Shown here: positions 16,517-25,309 of the stretch, piece by piece | How the letters are laid out: each line of letters starts with the position of its first letter | Numbering within the stretch: the first letter of the stretch is position 1 | Source: Marine Group III euryarchaeote CG-Epi1 | Lineage (GTDB): Archaea > Thermoplasmatota > Poseidoniia > MGIII > CG-Epi1 | Reading direction: 5' to 3' | Length of the DNA: 64,000 nucleotides | Assembly: GCA_001875345.1 (NCBI GenBank) | Contig: MIZA01000012.1 | Location: 25,656 to 89,655, forward strand | Program-made: the position numbers and the translations under genes | The notes under the pieces: model-generated | What the model saw: only the letters and a program-made list of their open reading frames with translations | The model's database searches: none | Told to the model about the DNA's origin: nothing

Positions 16517-18775
16517 ATGAGTGCTGCAAAAGAGACATTGGACGGGGCTTCTGGATTAATTGGTGAAGAAGAGGAACAAATTGACGAAACTAAACTTTCA
16601 TGGAGAGAGCGCCGTAGATTAAACAAACAGCGTAAAGCTGAAGCCAAGAAGCGTAAAGCCGCAGAGAAAGATGGAGTAATCCATGACTTGGTTATGGACG
16701 ATATCGAGATTGGTGAAGATTTTGAAGAACTAGACACTTATCCAGTTAGGCCGCCTTTTTCATACGTAAGAGTTTTATTCGATAAAAGGGATTATTCTAG
16801 GTTTTACTACGTTGTTGAGCCTAAGGCTTCAAAACAAGAGAAGGAAGATTTACAAACAATTAAAGATGTTCTGCAGAGAGCCCTAAATATTGAGAGAGAT
16901 ACTCTAGATGAATCTCAAGAAGAATTTTTGAAACAAGCAGTAGATGATATTTTAGATAGTTACAGATTAAAATCACGAAAGAGTAATCGTGAAAAGATTC
17001 ATTATTACATAGAGAGAGATTTGATAGGTTATGGTAAAATTGATACCATGATGCAAGATCCTAATATTGAGGACGTTTCTTGTGACGGTCCAGGAGTTGA
17101 AATTTTCGTTTACCACAGAAGATTTGAATCTTTAAGGACAAATGTGATGTGGGAAGATGAATTAGAACTTGAACAATACATAATTCGTATGGCTCAGCGT
17201 TGTGGTAAACATATTTCGATTGCTGAACCGCTTCTTGATGCAACATTAATGGATGGTTCACGTATAGTCATGACTCTGGGTAGAGAAGTATCTACCAAAG
17301 GTTCGACATTTACGATTCGGCGTTTCAGGGATGAACCATTTACTCCTGTGGATTTACTTGAATTCAAAACGTTCTCCTCTATGCAAATAGCATTCTTCTG
17401 GCTAGCAATGCAATATGGAATGTCTATGTTGTTTGTAGGGGGTACGGCTTCAGGAAAAACAACTTCACTTAATGCATGTTCGCTTTTCCTTCCTTGGCAA
17501 CATAAAATTGTTAGTATTGAAGAAACCCGTGAGTTAAATTTACCACATCCAAATTGGATTCCTGGATGTACTAGACAAGGTTTCGGAGGTGAATCGGCAG
17601 GAAGTGGCGTAAAGGCAGCTGGAGAAGTTGACATGTACGATTTACTAAGAGCAGCTTTGAGGGAACGTCCTGAGTACATTATTGTAGGAGAAATCAGAGG
17701 TGCTGAAGCTTATGTTCTTTTCCAGGCAATGGCAACAGGACATACTACATATTCTACTTTCCACGCAGATTCAATTCAGAGTTTAGTTCACCGTTTAGAA
17801 AATAAACCTATTGAGATTCCTAGAGTTTTAATTCCGGCATTAGATGGTATATCAATTCAAATTCAGACTAGAGTTGGTGGAAAACGTGTAAGAAGAAATA
17901 AAGGAATTATAGAAATTATAGGTATTGATCCTCATTCTCACGAATTGCTTACAAATGAAGCATTTAGATGGGACAACACCGTGGATGAATTTGTTTTCAC
18001 AGGTAAATCGTACATATTTGAAAAAATAATGATGAAAGCTAATCTCAATCGTGTTGAGATTATGGATGAGACCAAGAGAAGACAATTAGTAATCGAATGG
18101 TGTTTGAAGAAAGGAATTAGAGATTACAAAGACTTTGCAAGGGTAGTTGCAGAATATTATGTACATCCTGAAGATGTAATGAGACAAGTTTACGAAGATA
18201 TGCAGGTTGGAGGCAAGAAACGTAGGCGTAAAGTTGAAGACAGAGATTTAGATTTATCGAGCTCGGACGATGCTGAAGTAGATGTGTCAGATTTCCCGCC
18301 AAAGGTTAGGCAAAAGTATCAAACACGTGAAGCTAAGGAACAAGCCGCTAGAGCTAAGAGTGATGCAAAAATTTCGCAAACAGACGATCCTACTAAGAGA
18401 GCTAATCTAATTGCTAAAGAAGAGCAGAGAAGAGCAAAAGTAGAAGCTAGATTAGAGAGCGATCAGTTAAAAGATCAAGCCTATTATGTACCATTAAAGC
18501 AACTAAAACCATTAGCTAAGCAAATAAGCCTAGGTGATGTATCATCATTAAATGAAGTTGAAGGAAGAAGAATGTTAAAAGATGTCCGTTCAGAAATGAA
18601 TAAAAAGTCTAAGGCAGAAACTAATATTTCTAAACTAGATGCTTCAGATAAAAAAGAAAAGGCAATTTCTTCAGAGGAAGAAAGAGCATCTAAGGCATTG
18701 AACAGTCTAAAAGCTAAGCTAGCAAATAGGGTACAGCGATCAGCTAACCCACGTTGGTGGCATTCATGGCTCTGA
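16517..18775 (+). CDS. FlaI/ArlI/PilB-family type IV filament assembly ATPase with long charged N- and C-terminal extensions
   Basis: Walker A GGTASGKTTSLNA, Walker B/Asp box LRERPEYIIVGEIRGAEA, His box GHTTYSTFHA and the FlaI-type N-domain (YPVRPPFSYVRVLFD...YYVVEP). It also has a roughly 70-aa K/R/E-rich head and a roughly 190-aa K/E/R/S-rich tail. Confidence 0.85.
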   Translation: MSAAKETLDGASGLIGEEEEQIDETKLSWRERRRLNKQRKAEAKKRKAAEKDGVIHDLVMDDIEIGEDFEELDTYPVRPPFSYVRVLFDKRDYSRFYYVVEPKASKQEKEDLQTIKDVLQRALNIERDTLDESQEEFLKQAVDDILDSYRLKSRKSNREKIHYYIERDLIGYGKIDTMMQDPNIEDVSCDGPGVEIFVYHRRFESLRTNVMWEDELELEQYIIRMAQRCGKHISIAEPLLDATLMDGSRIVMTLGREVSTKGSTFTIRRFRDEPFTPVDLLEFKTFSSMQIAFFWLAMQYGMSMLFVGGTASGKTTSLNACSLFLPWQHKIVSIEETRELNLPHPNWIPGCTRQGFGGESAGSGVKAAGEVDMYDLLRAALRERPEYIIVGEIRGAEAYVLFQAMATGHTTYSTFHADSIQSLVHRLENKPIEIPRVLIPALDGISIQIQTRVGGKRVRRNKGIIEIIGIDPHSHELLTNEAFRWDNTVDEFVFTGKSYIFEKIMMKANLNRVEIMDETKRRQLVIEWCLKKGIRDYKDFARVVAEYYVHPEDVMRQVYEDMQVGGKKRRRKVEDRDLDLSSSDDAEVDVSDFPPKVRQKYQTREAKEQAARAKSDAKISQTDDPTKRANLIAKEEQRRAKVEARLESDQLKDQAYYVPLKQLKPLAKQISLGDVSSLNEVEGRRMLKDVRSEMNKKSKAETNISKLDASDKKEKAISSEEERASKALNSLKAKLANRVQRSANPRWWHSWL

Positions 18776-19713
18776 CCGGTTTAACTGGCTTCGAAACCTT
18801 CAGCCGAGTTTTACTTGGTTGGTTTGGCCGAATGGTTACAAAAGATTCGGTTGATTTAAAAAATCAATTAGTGAAAGCAAGAATTCCACTTCTTCCAGAA
18901 GATTACGTAGCGTCCTCAGCTATGCAAGTAATTTTAGCTTTTTTAGGAGGGATAGCCGTTTCTCTTGCCATTGTTGGATTTCTAGTTCCACAACTTGAGA
19001 CAATGGATGATCCTGCCAACGCAGGAGAGAAATTTGATATTTCAAATACTATTCAATATGCAATTATTGGTCTTTTGGTATTTGTTTTGCCTGCTTTGAT
19101 TGCTTTAGTACAATTTTTGACTCCAGCATTATTAGAAAGTAGTAGAGGAACTAATATGGATAGGCAAATTCCGTTTGCTGCAAGTTATGTTTCTGCAATG
19201 GCAGCAGCCAACGCAACTCCTTCGATGACTTTCAAATCTTTAGCTAGGAATAAAGACATTTACGGAGAAATTTCTAACGAAGCAGCATGGATTTACCACA
19301 GCATGGAATTCATGGGAAGAGACTTAGTTACAACCTTAAAAGAGGCAGTTGACAGAACGCCCTCAGAGAGATTTGCAGAGTTCATTCAAGGAATTATAGG
19401 AACAGTAACTTCAGGAGGTAATCTCAAATTATATTTCCTTAACCGTTCCGAGTATTATGCTCAACAAAACAGAGTTCATGTCAAAGATGTTTTACAACAG
19501 ATGGCTTTGTTTTCTGAAGCCTATGTAGTTGTAGCTGTGGCATTGCCTATTTTCGCTATGATTATTGCAGTTATTACTTTTTGGGTTTCAGGAGCAGGTA
19601 TGAAGCTTGAAGAAATACACATGTACTTGTTAATATTTGCAGGATTTCCAGTAATCCAGTTAATTTTTTCAGGTCTATTCTACAGTTTAAGTTCGGAGAT
19701 ATCAAACGATTAA
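18766..19713 (+). CDS. FlaJ/TadB-like platform membrane protein, half 1 (single T2SS-F domain)
   Basis: ...IPFAASYVSAMAAANATPSMTFKSLA...VTTLKEAVDRTPSERFAEFIQGIIGTVTSGGNLKLYF is a T2SSF/FlaJ-type cytoplasmic domain followed by TM helices. The ATG at 18766 overlaps the ATPase stop by 10 nt. Confidence 0.75.
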   Translation: MALTGLTGFETFSRVLLGWFGRMVTKDSVDLKNQLVKARIPLLPEDYVASSAMQVILAFLGGIAVSLAIVGFLVPQLETMDDPANAGEKFDISNTIQYAIIGLLVFVLPALIALVQFLTPALLESSRGTNMDRQIPFAASYVSAMAAANATPSMTFKSLARNKDIYGEISNEAAWIYHSMEFMGRDLVTTLKEAVDRTPSERFAEFIQGIIGTVTSGGNLKLYFLNRSEYYAQQNRVHVKDVLQQMALFSEAYVVVAVALPIFAMIIAVITFWVSGAGMKLEEIHMYLLIFAGFPVIQLIFSGLFYSLSSEISND

Positions 19714-20951
19714 TGGCTATTAAAGGCAATTTACAGAAGAAGGTATATCGCGATAAGCGAACCGGCGTAAAGCGAAGATGGATGGAATACAGCAAAGTTG
19801 AAAGGTGGCTGTCGGTTAGAGATAAAGTAACTGATTGGGCTCCAGCATTTGTAGCATTTTTTTCTATAATTTTCGCATTATTTTTCTTTATGATTGCTAA
19901 TATCAATAATACTACCGATGCTCAAACATTAGTAGTTGATACTGATGCAGATAAACAGTTTGATAACCCTTGGCACATGAATGACGGTCAATTTTCATTT
20001 ACATTTGGTAATACATACAATGAAGCAGGTGGTCAGCAAAATCGTGTTGAAGCAATATATGGATTAGGTCTTCCGGCAATTAGAAGTAATGAGTCTGTTG
20101 ATTCTGACCCATTGGTAGATGGAATTGAGAATGAAATGACAGCTAATGAATGGTTCCGCTCATTTCCAGAGATTTCTGCAATTGACTATATTGTATTTGG
20201 AGTTATTTCTCTGATTTTACCTTATGGAATTTACGGATACCGCAGAGATCAAATTAGAGCTAGAGTCGAAGAAAAATTCCCTGATTTTTTAAGAGATTTG
20301 GCAGAATATTGGAAAGGCGGTCTTAGTATGACTGTAGCTATTCAGACACTTGCTAAAGGAGAATATGGAAATCTTAATGACGAAGTTAATAAGATGTCTT
20401 CACAAATTTCTTGGGGGGTTTCTTTTGGTGAAGTTTTGGAAATGTTCACAGAGAGAGTGACCTCGCCTATTGTTACTCGTGCAGTTAGGATGGTAGATGA
20501 GGCAAATAGGGCAGGCGGTAAAATTTCAGATATTTTACTTGCAGCTTCATACGATGCCCGAGAGATTAAGGCTCTTGAAACTGAAAGAAGGCAAGAAGTA
20601 GGTAGCTATGTTACTGTTATTTACGCATCTTTCTTCGTTTATCTTGGAATAATTTTAGTTTTAGCTTCTACATTTATTCCAGCTATTGTTGATTCTTCTG
20701 CAGCAACTGGCGGTAGCGGATCAATGTCGATTGGTAACTTAACTATTAGGGAAATGAATGAAGTTTGGATTTCAACAGTTTTCCTTTACAGTTTAATAAT
20801 TCAAGGAACCGGAATGGGACTGGCAGCAGGGTTCATGTCTACTGGTAGATTATATTCAGCATTTTTGAGAGCTTCATTCCTTTTGTTCCTGGGCTGGTTT
20901 ATTTTTGAATTAGCAGGCATTACAACATCAATGATTACTCCACAAATTTAG
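19713..20951 (+). CDS. FlaJ/TadC-like platform membrane protein, half 2 (single T2SS-F domain)
   Basis: FPDFLRDLAEYWKGGLSMTVAIQTLAKGEYGNLNDEVNKM...VTRAVRMVDEANRAGGKISDIL is a T2SSF domain. It joins half 1 through a TAATG overlap at 19711-19715. Confidence 0.75.
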   Translation: MAIKGNLQKKVYRDKRTGVKRRWMEYSKVERWLSVRDKVTDWAPAFVAFFSIIFALFFFMIANINNTTDAQTLVVDTDADKQFDNPWHMNDGQFSFTFGNTYNEAGGQQNRVEAIYGLGLPAIRSNESVDSDPLVDGIENEMTANEWFRSFPEISAIDYIVFGVISLILPYGIYGYRRDQIRARVEEKFPDFLRDLAEYWKGGLSMTVAIQTLAKGEYGNLNDEVNKMSSQISWGVSFGEVLEMFTERVTSPIVTRAVRMVDEANRAGGKISDILLAASYDAREIKALETERRQEVGSYVTVIYASFFVYLGIILVLASTFIPAIVDSSAATGGSGSMSIGNLTIREMNEVWISTVFLYSLIIQGTGMGLAAGFMSTGRLYSAFLRASFLLFLGWFIFELAGITTSMITPQI

Positions 20952-20962
20952 GAGATAATTGG

Positions 20963-21415
20963 ATGAAAAATACTAAAGGACAGATGCATGTTTTGGAAGT
21001 ATTGCTAGTAGGAGTGCTCTTTACTTCAGCAGTGAATGTGGCAGTTAATATTCTACCTACAAGTGATGCAGATAATTCAGAACAAAGCGATCTTTATTTT
21101 TCAGGAATGGAAATCTTAGAAATATTAGATAATTGGGAGCCATCGAATTCTGATATTTCGGCTAAGCACAATGGCTCAACATTATCATGGTGGTTAGCTA
21201 CGAATAATGATTCAGCAATAAAGCAATACCTGGATGCCGGTTTGCCTTCTTCAATTTCATACAGACTAGAGGCCACTCACGGTTCACAAAATGAGGTTAT
21301 TGTCGACAGGGAAATCCCCGATGGAGAAGTAAGCACTTCTTTTAGATTAGTGTGGAGCGATAATGAGCTTTGGGATTTAAGTTTACATTTATGGTATGGG
21401 TATAGGGAGGCCTAA
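20963..21415 (+). CDS. Small prepilin-like protein
   Basis: MKNTKGQMHVLEVLLVGVLFTSAVNVAV is a short basic leader ending in KGQ, then a hydrophobic helix, as in a class III signal peptide. Confidence 0.6.
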   Translation: MKNTKGQMHVLEVLLVGVLFTSAVNVAVNILPTSDADNSEQSDLYFSGMEILEILDNWEPSNSDISAKHNGSTLSWWLATNNDSAIKQYLDAGLPSSISYRLEATHGSQNEVIVDREIPDGEVSTSFRLVWSDNELWDLSLHLWYGYREA

Positions 21416-21804
21416 TGAATACAAAAGGTCAACTTCTTTTGGTTTCAGGTCTACTAATGTCTATCACATTGATAGCAGTTAGTAGTACTATTACACATTC
21501 AGTTAATTTGGGTGCACATCAGGGTGAAAGGCATGATTTAACGCCTCAAATTAGCTCCATTGAAAGTAATTTTCCTTTAGCCTTAGAATATCAAATTGAT
21601 CAAGATGATGGCTCAGTTTCAATAATTGAATCATTTGAGGCTGTAGCTGAAGATTTTGAATATCTATTTGCACTTAGAGGTATTTCTTTATCTTTTGATC
21701 TTAAATCATCTTCCTTGAATTCTGGAACATATAATTTTGTCTATGAATATATTTTGGGTGATGGAATAATTACTATCACTTTATCTAAGACTACTACTTT
21801 TTAA
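21415..21804 (+). CDS. Small prepilin-like protein
   Basis: MNTKGQLLLVSGLLMSITLIAVSST has the same KGQ-plus-hydrophobic-helix layout. It joins the previous gene through a TAATG overlap. Confidence 0.6.
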   Translation: MNTKGQLLLVSGLLMSITLIAVSSTITHSVNLGAHQGERHDLTPQISSIESNFPLALEYQIDQDDGSVSIIESFEAVAEDFEYLFALRGISLSFDLKSSSLNSGTYNFVYEYILGDGIITITLSKTTTF

Positions 21805-21805
21805 T

Positions 21806-22120
21806 TTAGTCTTGTGAGGATGTAAAAGAGGAAATAGTTCTTTTAAACATTCCTCCGAAACCAATTACTGTAGTTATTAATATTCCAACAAACATTATTA
21901 GATAACCTAAGTATAATTGTTCTAAATTGTTATTAAAATCTGCTTGATTAGTTTCTCCATTAAGAGCCATCAATCTGATAAGGCCTAAAATAAATCCTGC
22001 AATCAATAAAATAAATCCAATACTAATTCCTATTTCTGAAGTTGTAAATCCATCTTCTTCCACATCTGGTTTTCCTTTAAAATCGGGAAAATCATCGTTA
22101 CCTGTTTCTTCATCAGACAT
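21806..22120 (-). CDS. Small acidic-headed two-helix membrane protein (hypothetical)
   Basis: 104-aa ORF with two clear TM helices. It is convergent with the pilus operon, and the two stop codons are separated by a single base. Confidence 0.4.
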   Translation of the reverse strand: MSDEETGNDDFPDFKGKPDVEEDGFTTSEIGISIGFILLIAGFILGLIRLMALNGETNQADFNNNLEQLYLGYLIMFVGILITTVIGFGGMFKRTISSFTSSQD

Positions 22121-22164
22121 AATATAGCCAGAAATAATAGGTTAATAAGCTTGCCCTTATTATT

Positions 22165-23766
22165 TTAGTTTATTTTCTTATGTTCTAGAGCGGCTTTCAC
22201 TAATCCGAAATGTAATGGTGACGGATTATCAGGTCTTGATTTAAACTCAGGGTGAAATTGAGATGCCATAAAATAAGGATGATTTTCTAACTCGAGAATC
22301 TCCATACGTCTTCCACTCTTATCTCTTCCAGTGTATTTCATTCCCTTTTCTTCAATTTGTGATATATATTCTGGATTGATTTCGTATCTGTGGCGATGTC
22401 TCTCAAATATAGTATTACTATTGTATAAATCTTGGGCCTTTCCTCCTGAAATTATAACTTCATGATCACCTAATCTCATAGTAGCTCCCATATCCTTTAC
22501 ACCTTCTTGTTCAGGTAATATGTCTATTACAGGATGCTTTCCTTCAGAATCTAACTCTGATGAATTAGCATCTTTTAATCCTAAAACGTTACGAGCGAAT
22601 TCTACAGTGGCTAGCTGAAATCCAAAACAAACACCAAGGTATGGAGTATTAGTTTCACGAGCCCATTTAGCACTCATTATTTTTCCCTCTGAGCCTCTAC
22701 TTCCGAATCCACCAGGAACTAGAACACCATTTACACCTTCAAGGCTTTTTGTATTTCCACTATCTTCTAAATCAGGGGCTTCAATCCATCTTATTTTAAC
22801 TTTACAATCAAGTAATGCACCTGCATATCTCAAGGATTCCTCATGAGATATGTACGAATCTTTCAAATCCGTATATTTTCCTATTAAAGCAATTTCTATA
22901 CTATTTTTACCATTTGAAATCCTTTCAGCAAAATCTTCCCATTTAGTTAGGTCAGGTGTTTTAGGTGTAAGTCCTAGACGTTTCTCAACTAAGTTAGGTA
23001 ATTTTTGTTCAAGGAAGACCATAGGTACATCGTAAATGGATCTTGCATCAGGGGCAGAGATTACACATTCACGAGGTATATCAGCAAAAAATGCTATTTT
23101 TGTAGCTATTTCTTCTTCAAGTTTTGTACTACTTCTTCCTACAATAATGTCAGGTCTTATTCCTAGTCCCTGCAGTTCTTTTACAGAATGTTGAGTTGGC
23201 TTTGTTTTTTGTTCTCCCACTGCACCTACCACTGGAACTAGTGTGGTATGAATGACCATTACATTTTCTTTACCTTCTAGCCTTCCCAATAACCTTACTG
23301 CCTCCATAAACGGCATCGATTCAATATCTCCTACGGTACCTCCTAATTCCACCATACAAATGTCCGCTTCAGCACTTTTAGCAGCATTTTGTATTCCATC
23401 TACAATTTCACGAACTACGTGTGGAATTATTTGAACGGTTTGACCTAGATAATCGCCGCGCCTTTCTTTTTCAATTACATTTTTGAAAACTTTTCCTGTA
23501 GTAATATTATGTTCTTTTGTTAAATTACAACTTAAAAACCTTTCATAATTTCCTAAATCTAAATCTACCTCTGAACCATCAGTCATTACAAAGACTTCAC
23601 CGTGTTCGTATGGATTCATAGTCCCAGCATCTACGTTTAGATAAGGGTCAATTTTAACAGCTGTAACTTTGTATCCTGCGCGTTGCAGTAGTAGGCCAGT
23701 AGAAGACGATGTAATTCCTTTTCCTATTCCAGAAAGAACTCCGCCGGTCACAAGTATATATTTCAT
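22165..23766 (-). CDS. pyrG: CTP synthase
   Basis: MKYILVTGGVLSGIGKGITSSS..., a full-length synthetase domain and a C-terminal class I glutaminase domain (GVCFGFQ, HRHRYE). Confidence 0.95.
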   Translation of the reverse strand: MKYILVTGGVLSGIGKGITSSSTGLLLQRAGYKVTAVKIDPYLNVDAGTMNPYEHGEVFVMTDGSEVDLDLGNYERFLSCNLTKEHNITTGKVFKNVIEKERRGDYLGQTVQIIPHVVREIVDGIQNAAKSAEADICMVELGGTVGDIESMPFMEAVRLLGRLEGKENVMVIHTTLVPVVGAVGEQKTKPTQHSVKELQGLGIRPDIIVGRSSTKLEEEIATKIAFFADIPRECVISAPDARSIYDVPMVFLEQKLPNLVEKRLGLTPKTPDLTKWEDFAERISNGKNSIEIALIGKYTDLKDSYISHEESLRYAGALLDCKVKIRWIEAPDLEDSGNTKSLEGVNGVLVPGGFGSRGSEGKIMSAKWARETNTPYLGVCFGFQLATVEFARNVLGLKDANSSELDSEGKHPVIDILPEQEGVKDMGATMRLGDHEVIISGGKAQDLYNSNTIFERHRHRYEINPEYISQIEEKGMKYTGRDKSGRRMEILELENHPYFMASQFHPEFKSRPDNPSPLHFGLVKAALEHKKIN

Positions 23767-23844
23767 TGACTCAACGGACTAATACATGTTGGAAGCTCCC
23801 TATAAGGCCGTCGGTGCACTTAAACCCCTTTTCATTGATATATT

Positions 23845-24747
23845 GTGACAATAGATATCAAACGGCATAATACCAAATTGTTTTGGTTTGATTTAGAGCC
23901 CAACAATGAAAAAGAATTTATTACAATTTATATTTTAATAGATGATAAAATAACGCTAATTGAAACAGGTCCAGCTTGCTCACATGACAACTTAATTAGG
24001 GGAATAAATAAAGCTGGATTTACATTGTCAGATATAGACTTTATTATTCCTACTCACATTCACTTAGATCATTTTGGCGGAGGAGGACATATTATGGAAG
24101 TTTGCCATAATGCTAAAGCAGTAGTACATCCAAATGCAGTATATCATGTTTCTAATATAGATAAGTGGTGGTCAGGTAGTCTTGATTTTTTAGGAGATGT
24201 TGCAGAGTTATACGGAGAGCCTTTACCAATTCCTGAAGAAAGGATAATATCTGCTGAAGACGGTTTTAAACTGGATTTAGGAACGTCAACGCTGAATGCC
24301 ATGCACACACCTGGACATGCCCCACATCACATAACCTGGATAAATAATGAGTCAGCTTTTGTTGGCGATTCTTTAGGACTTTGGTATCCGGAGATAAATA
24401 GGGCATTTCCAGTTACTCCAGGATATTACCGGCATGATTTGGCCCTGCAAAGCATAAGCGACATGTCTAAATTGAATATAGATGAATTATTTTATACACA
24501 TTTTGGGCCAAGGCCAGCAGCAGATGCGTTTCAGCAGACTATTCATGAATTTGAGACTTGGATGTCTACTGTTGAAGATGGTATTAATGAAAATCTCAGT
24601 TCAAAAGAAATATTGGATACTTTATTTTTAACGCAAGACGGATTAAAGCTTACAGATATTAAGCATGGAATACATCAGAGAAACACTCATTTAGGCTCCA
24701 TTGAAGGGATGATGGGTTGGATTAAAAGAGAAAATGAGAAAAAATAA
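23845..24747 (+). CDS. MBL-fold metallo-hydrolase
   Basis: PTHIHLDHFGG (HxHxDH) with downstream His/Asp ligands (TPGHAPHH). GTG start. The end overlaps the next gene by 14 nt. Confidence 0.75.
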   Translation: MTIDIKRHNTKLFWFDLEPNNEKEFITIYILIDDKITLIETGPACSHDNLIRGINKAGFTLSDIDFIIPTHIHLDHFGGGGHIMEVCHNAKAVVHPNAVYHVSNIDKWWSGSLDFLGDVAELYGEPLPIPEERIISAEDGFKLDLGTSTLNAMHTPGHAPHHITWINNESAFVGDSLGLWYPEINRAFPVTPGYYRHDLALQSISDMSKLNIDELFYTHFGPRPAADAFQQTIHEFETWMSTVEDGINENLSSKEILDTLFLTQDGLKLTDIKHGIHQRNTHLGSIEGMMGWIKRENEKK

Positions 24748-25309
24748 TACTATTTCAGCAGTTGAGCAATCTCCATTTCCTCATGTGGTTGTTGAAGATT
24801 TTCTAGATGATGATACCTTAGATTTAGTAATTGATGCACTTGCAGGACTTGAATATAGTTTTAGTGAATCTGATCTTTTTAGCTATTGGGCAAGTGTGAA
24901 GTTAACTGACATTGATCATCCTGCACTCAACGTTTTAAGAGAAGATCTAGGCGATAGGTCGTGGAGAAAAGAAGTTACCCAAGCTTTTCAAGTTTCTAAA
25001 TTATCTAGAATTGACATGGCTGCATACGTTTATGGGCAAGGGGATTTTTTACTGCCACACGATGATCAAGTAGAAGATCGCATCATTGCTTACAGTTTAC
25101 ATCTAACTCCAGATTTAGAAGAATTGGATGGAGGTTCGCTAGATCTTTTTGAAGGCAGAAAAGATGGTACTTCTAAATTAGTCAAATCAATAATTCCTAA
25201 ATTTAATTCATTGAACATGTTCGAGGTTTCGGAGACCTCTTGGCACCAAGTTAGTGAAATTTTAACAGATATTCAGCGATTAACTCTTACAGGCTGGTAC
25301 CATGTCTGA
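24734..25309 (+). CDS. 2OG-Fe(II) oxygenase, OGFOD1/Tpa1/Ofd1 N-terminal (catalytic) domain-like
   Basis: PFPHVVVEDFL..., YGQGDFLLPHDDQVEDRIIAYSLHL (HxD), GGSLDLF, FNSLNMFEVSETSWHQVSEI (distal His) and RLTLTGWYH (2OG-binding Arg). This follows the OGFOD1-type prolyl hydroxylase pattern. Confidence 0.7.
   Translation: MRKNNTISAVEQSPFPHVVVEDFLDDDTLDLVIDALAGLEYSFSESDLFSYWASVKLTDIDHPALNVLREDLGDRSWRKEVTQAFQVSKLSRIDMAAYVYGQGDFLLPHDDQVEDRIIAYSLHLTPDLEELDGGSLDLFEGRKDGTSKLVKSIIPKFNSLNMFEVSETSWHQVSEILTDIQRLTLTGWYHV

Noticed and set aside
17194-17679. 161-aa ORF antisense to the FlaI-like ATPase. Similar long antisense or alternate-frame ORFs include 12790-13131, 14344-14772, 27026-27421, 34114-34479, 41868-42203, 49601-49897, 50520-50828, 52612-52962, 4853-5209 and 2902-3292.
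   Set aside because: Each lies entirely inside, or largely overlaps, a gene with strong family signatures on the other strand or frame. Their translations are low-complexity Ser/Leu/Pro-rich strings with no motifs. These are typical shadow ORFs.
18200-18775. Treating the K/E/R-rich 3' part of the ATPase ORF as a separate gene or a nucleotide repeat array.
   Set aside because: It is in frame with the ATPase core with no intervening stop or plausible start context. I could not see any exact tandem nucleotide repeat. The bias is compositional at the protein level.
18754-20951. Treating the split FlaJ-like platform as a pseudogene or frameshifted single gene.
   Set aside because: The junction is a clean TAATG stop/start overlap, the same coupling signal used at 27069, 27683 and 36379. 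Both halves retain an intact T2SS-F domain and TM helices. The second locus (41055-42391) is also split.
15015-21804. Interpreting the filament locus as an archaellum (motility) operon.
   Set aside because: There is no FlaH/ArlH KaiC-like gene, no FlaF/G, no FlaCDE/X and no recognisable multi-copy archaellin genes. The pilin-like proteins differ widely in size (129-347 aa). The locus is better described as a type IV pilus-like system.
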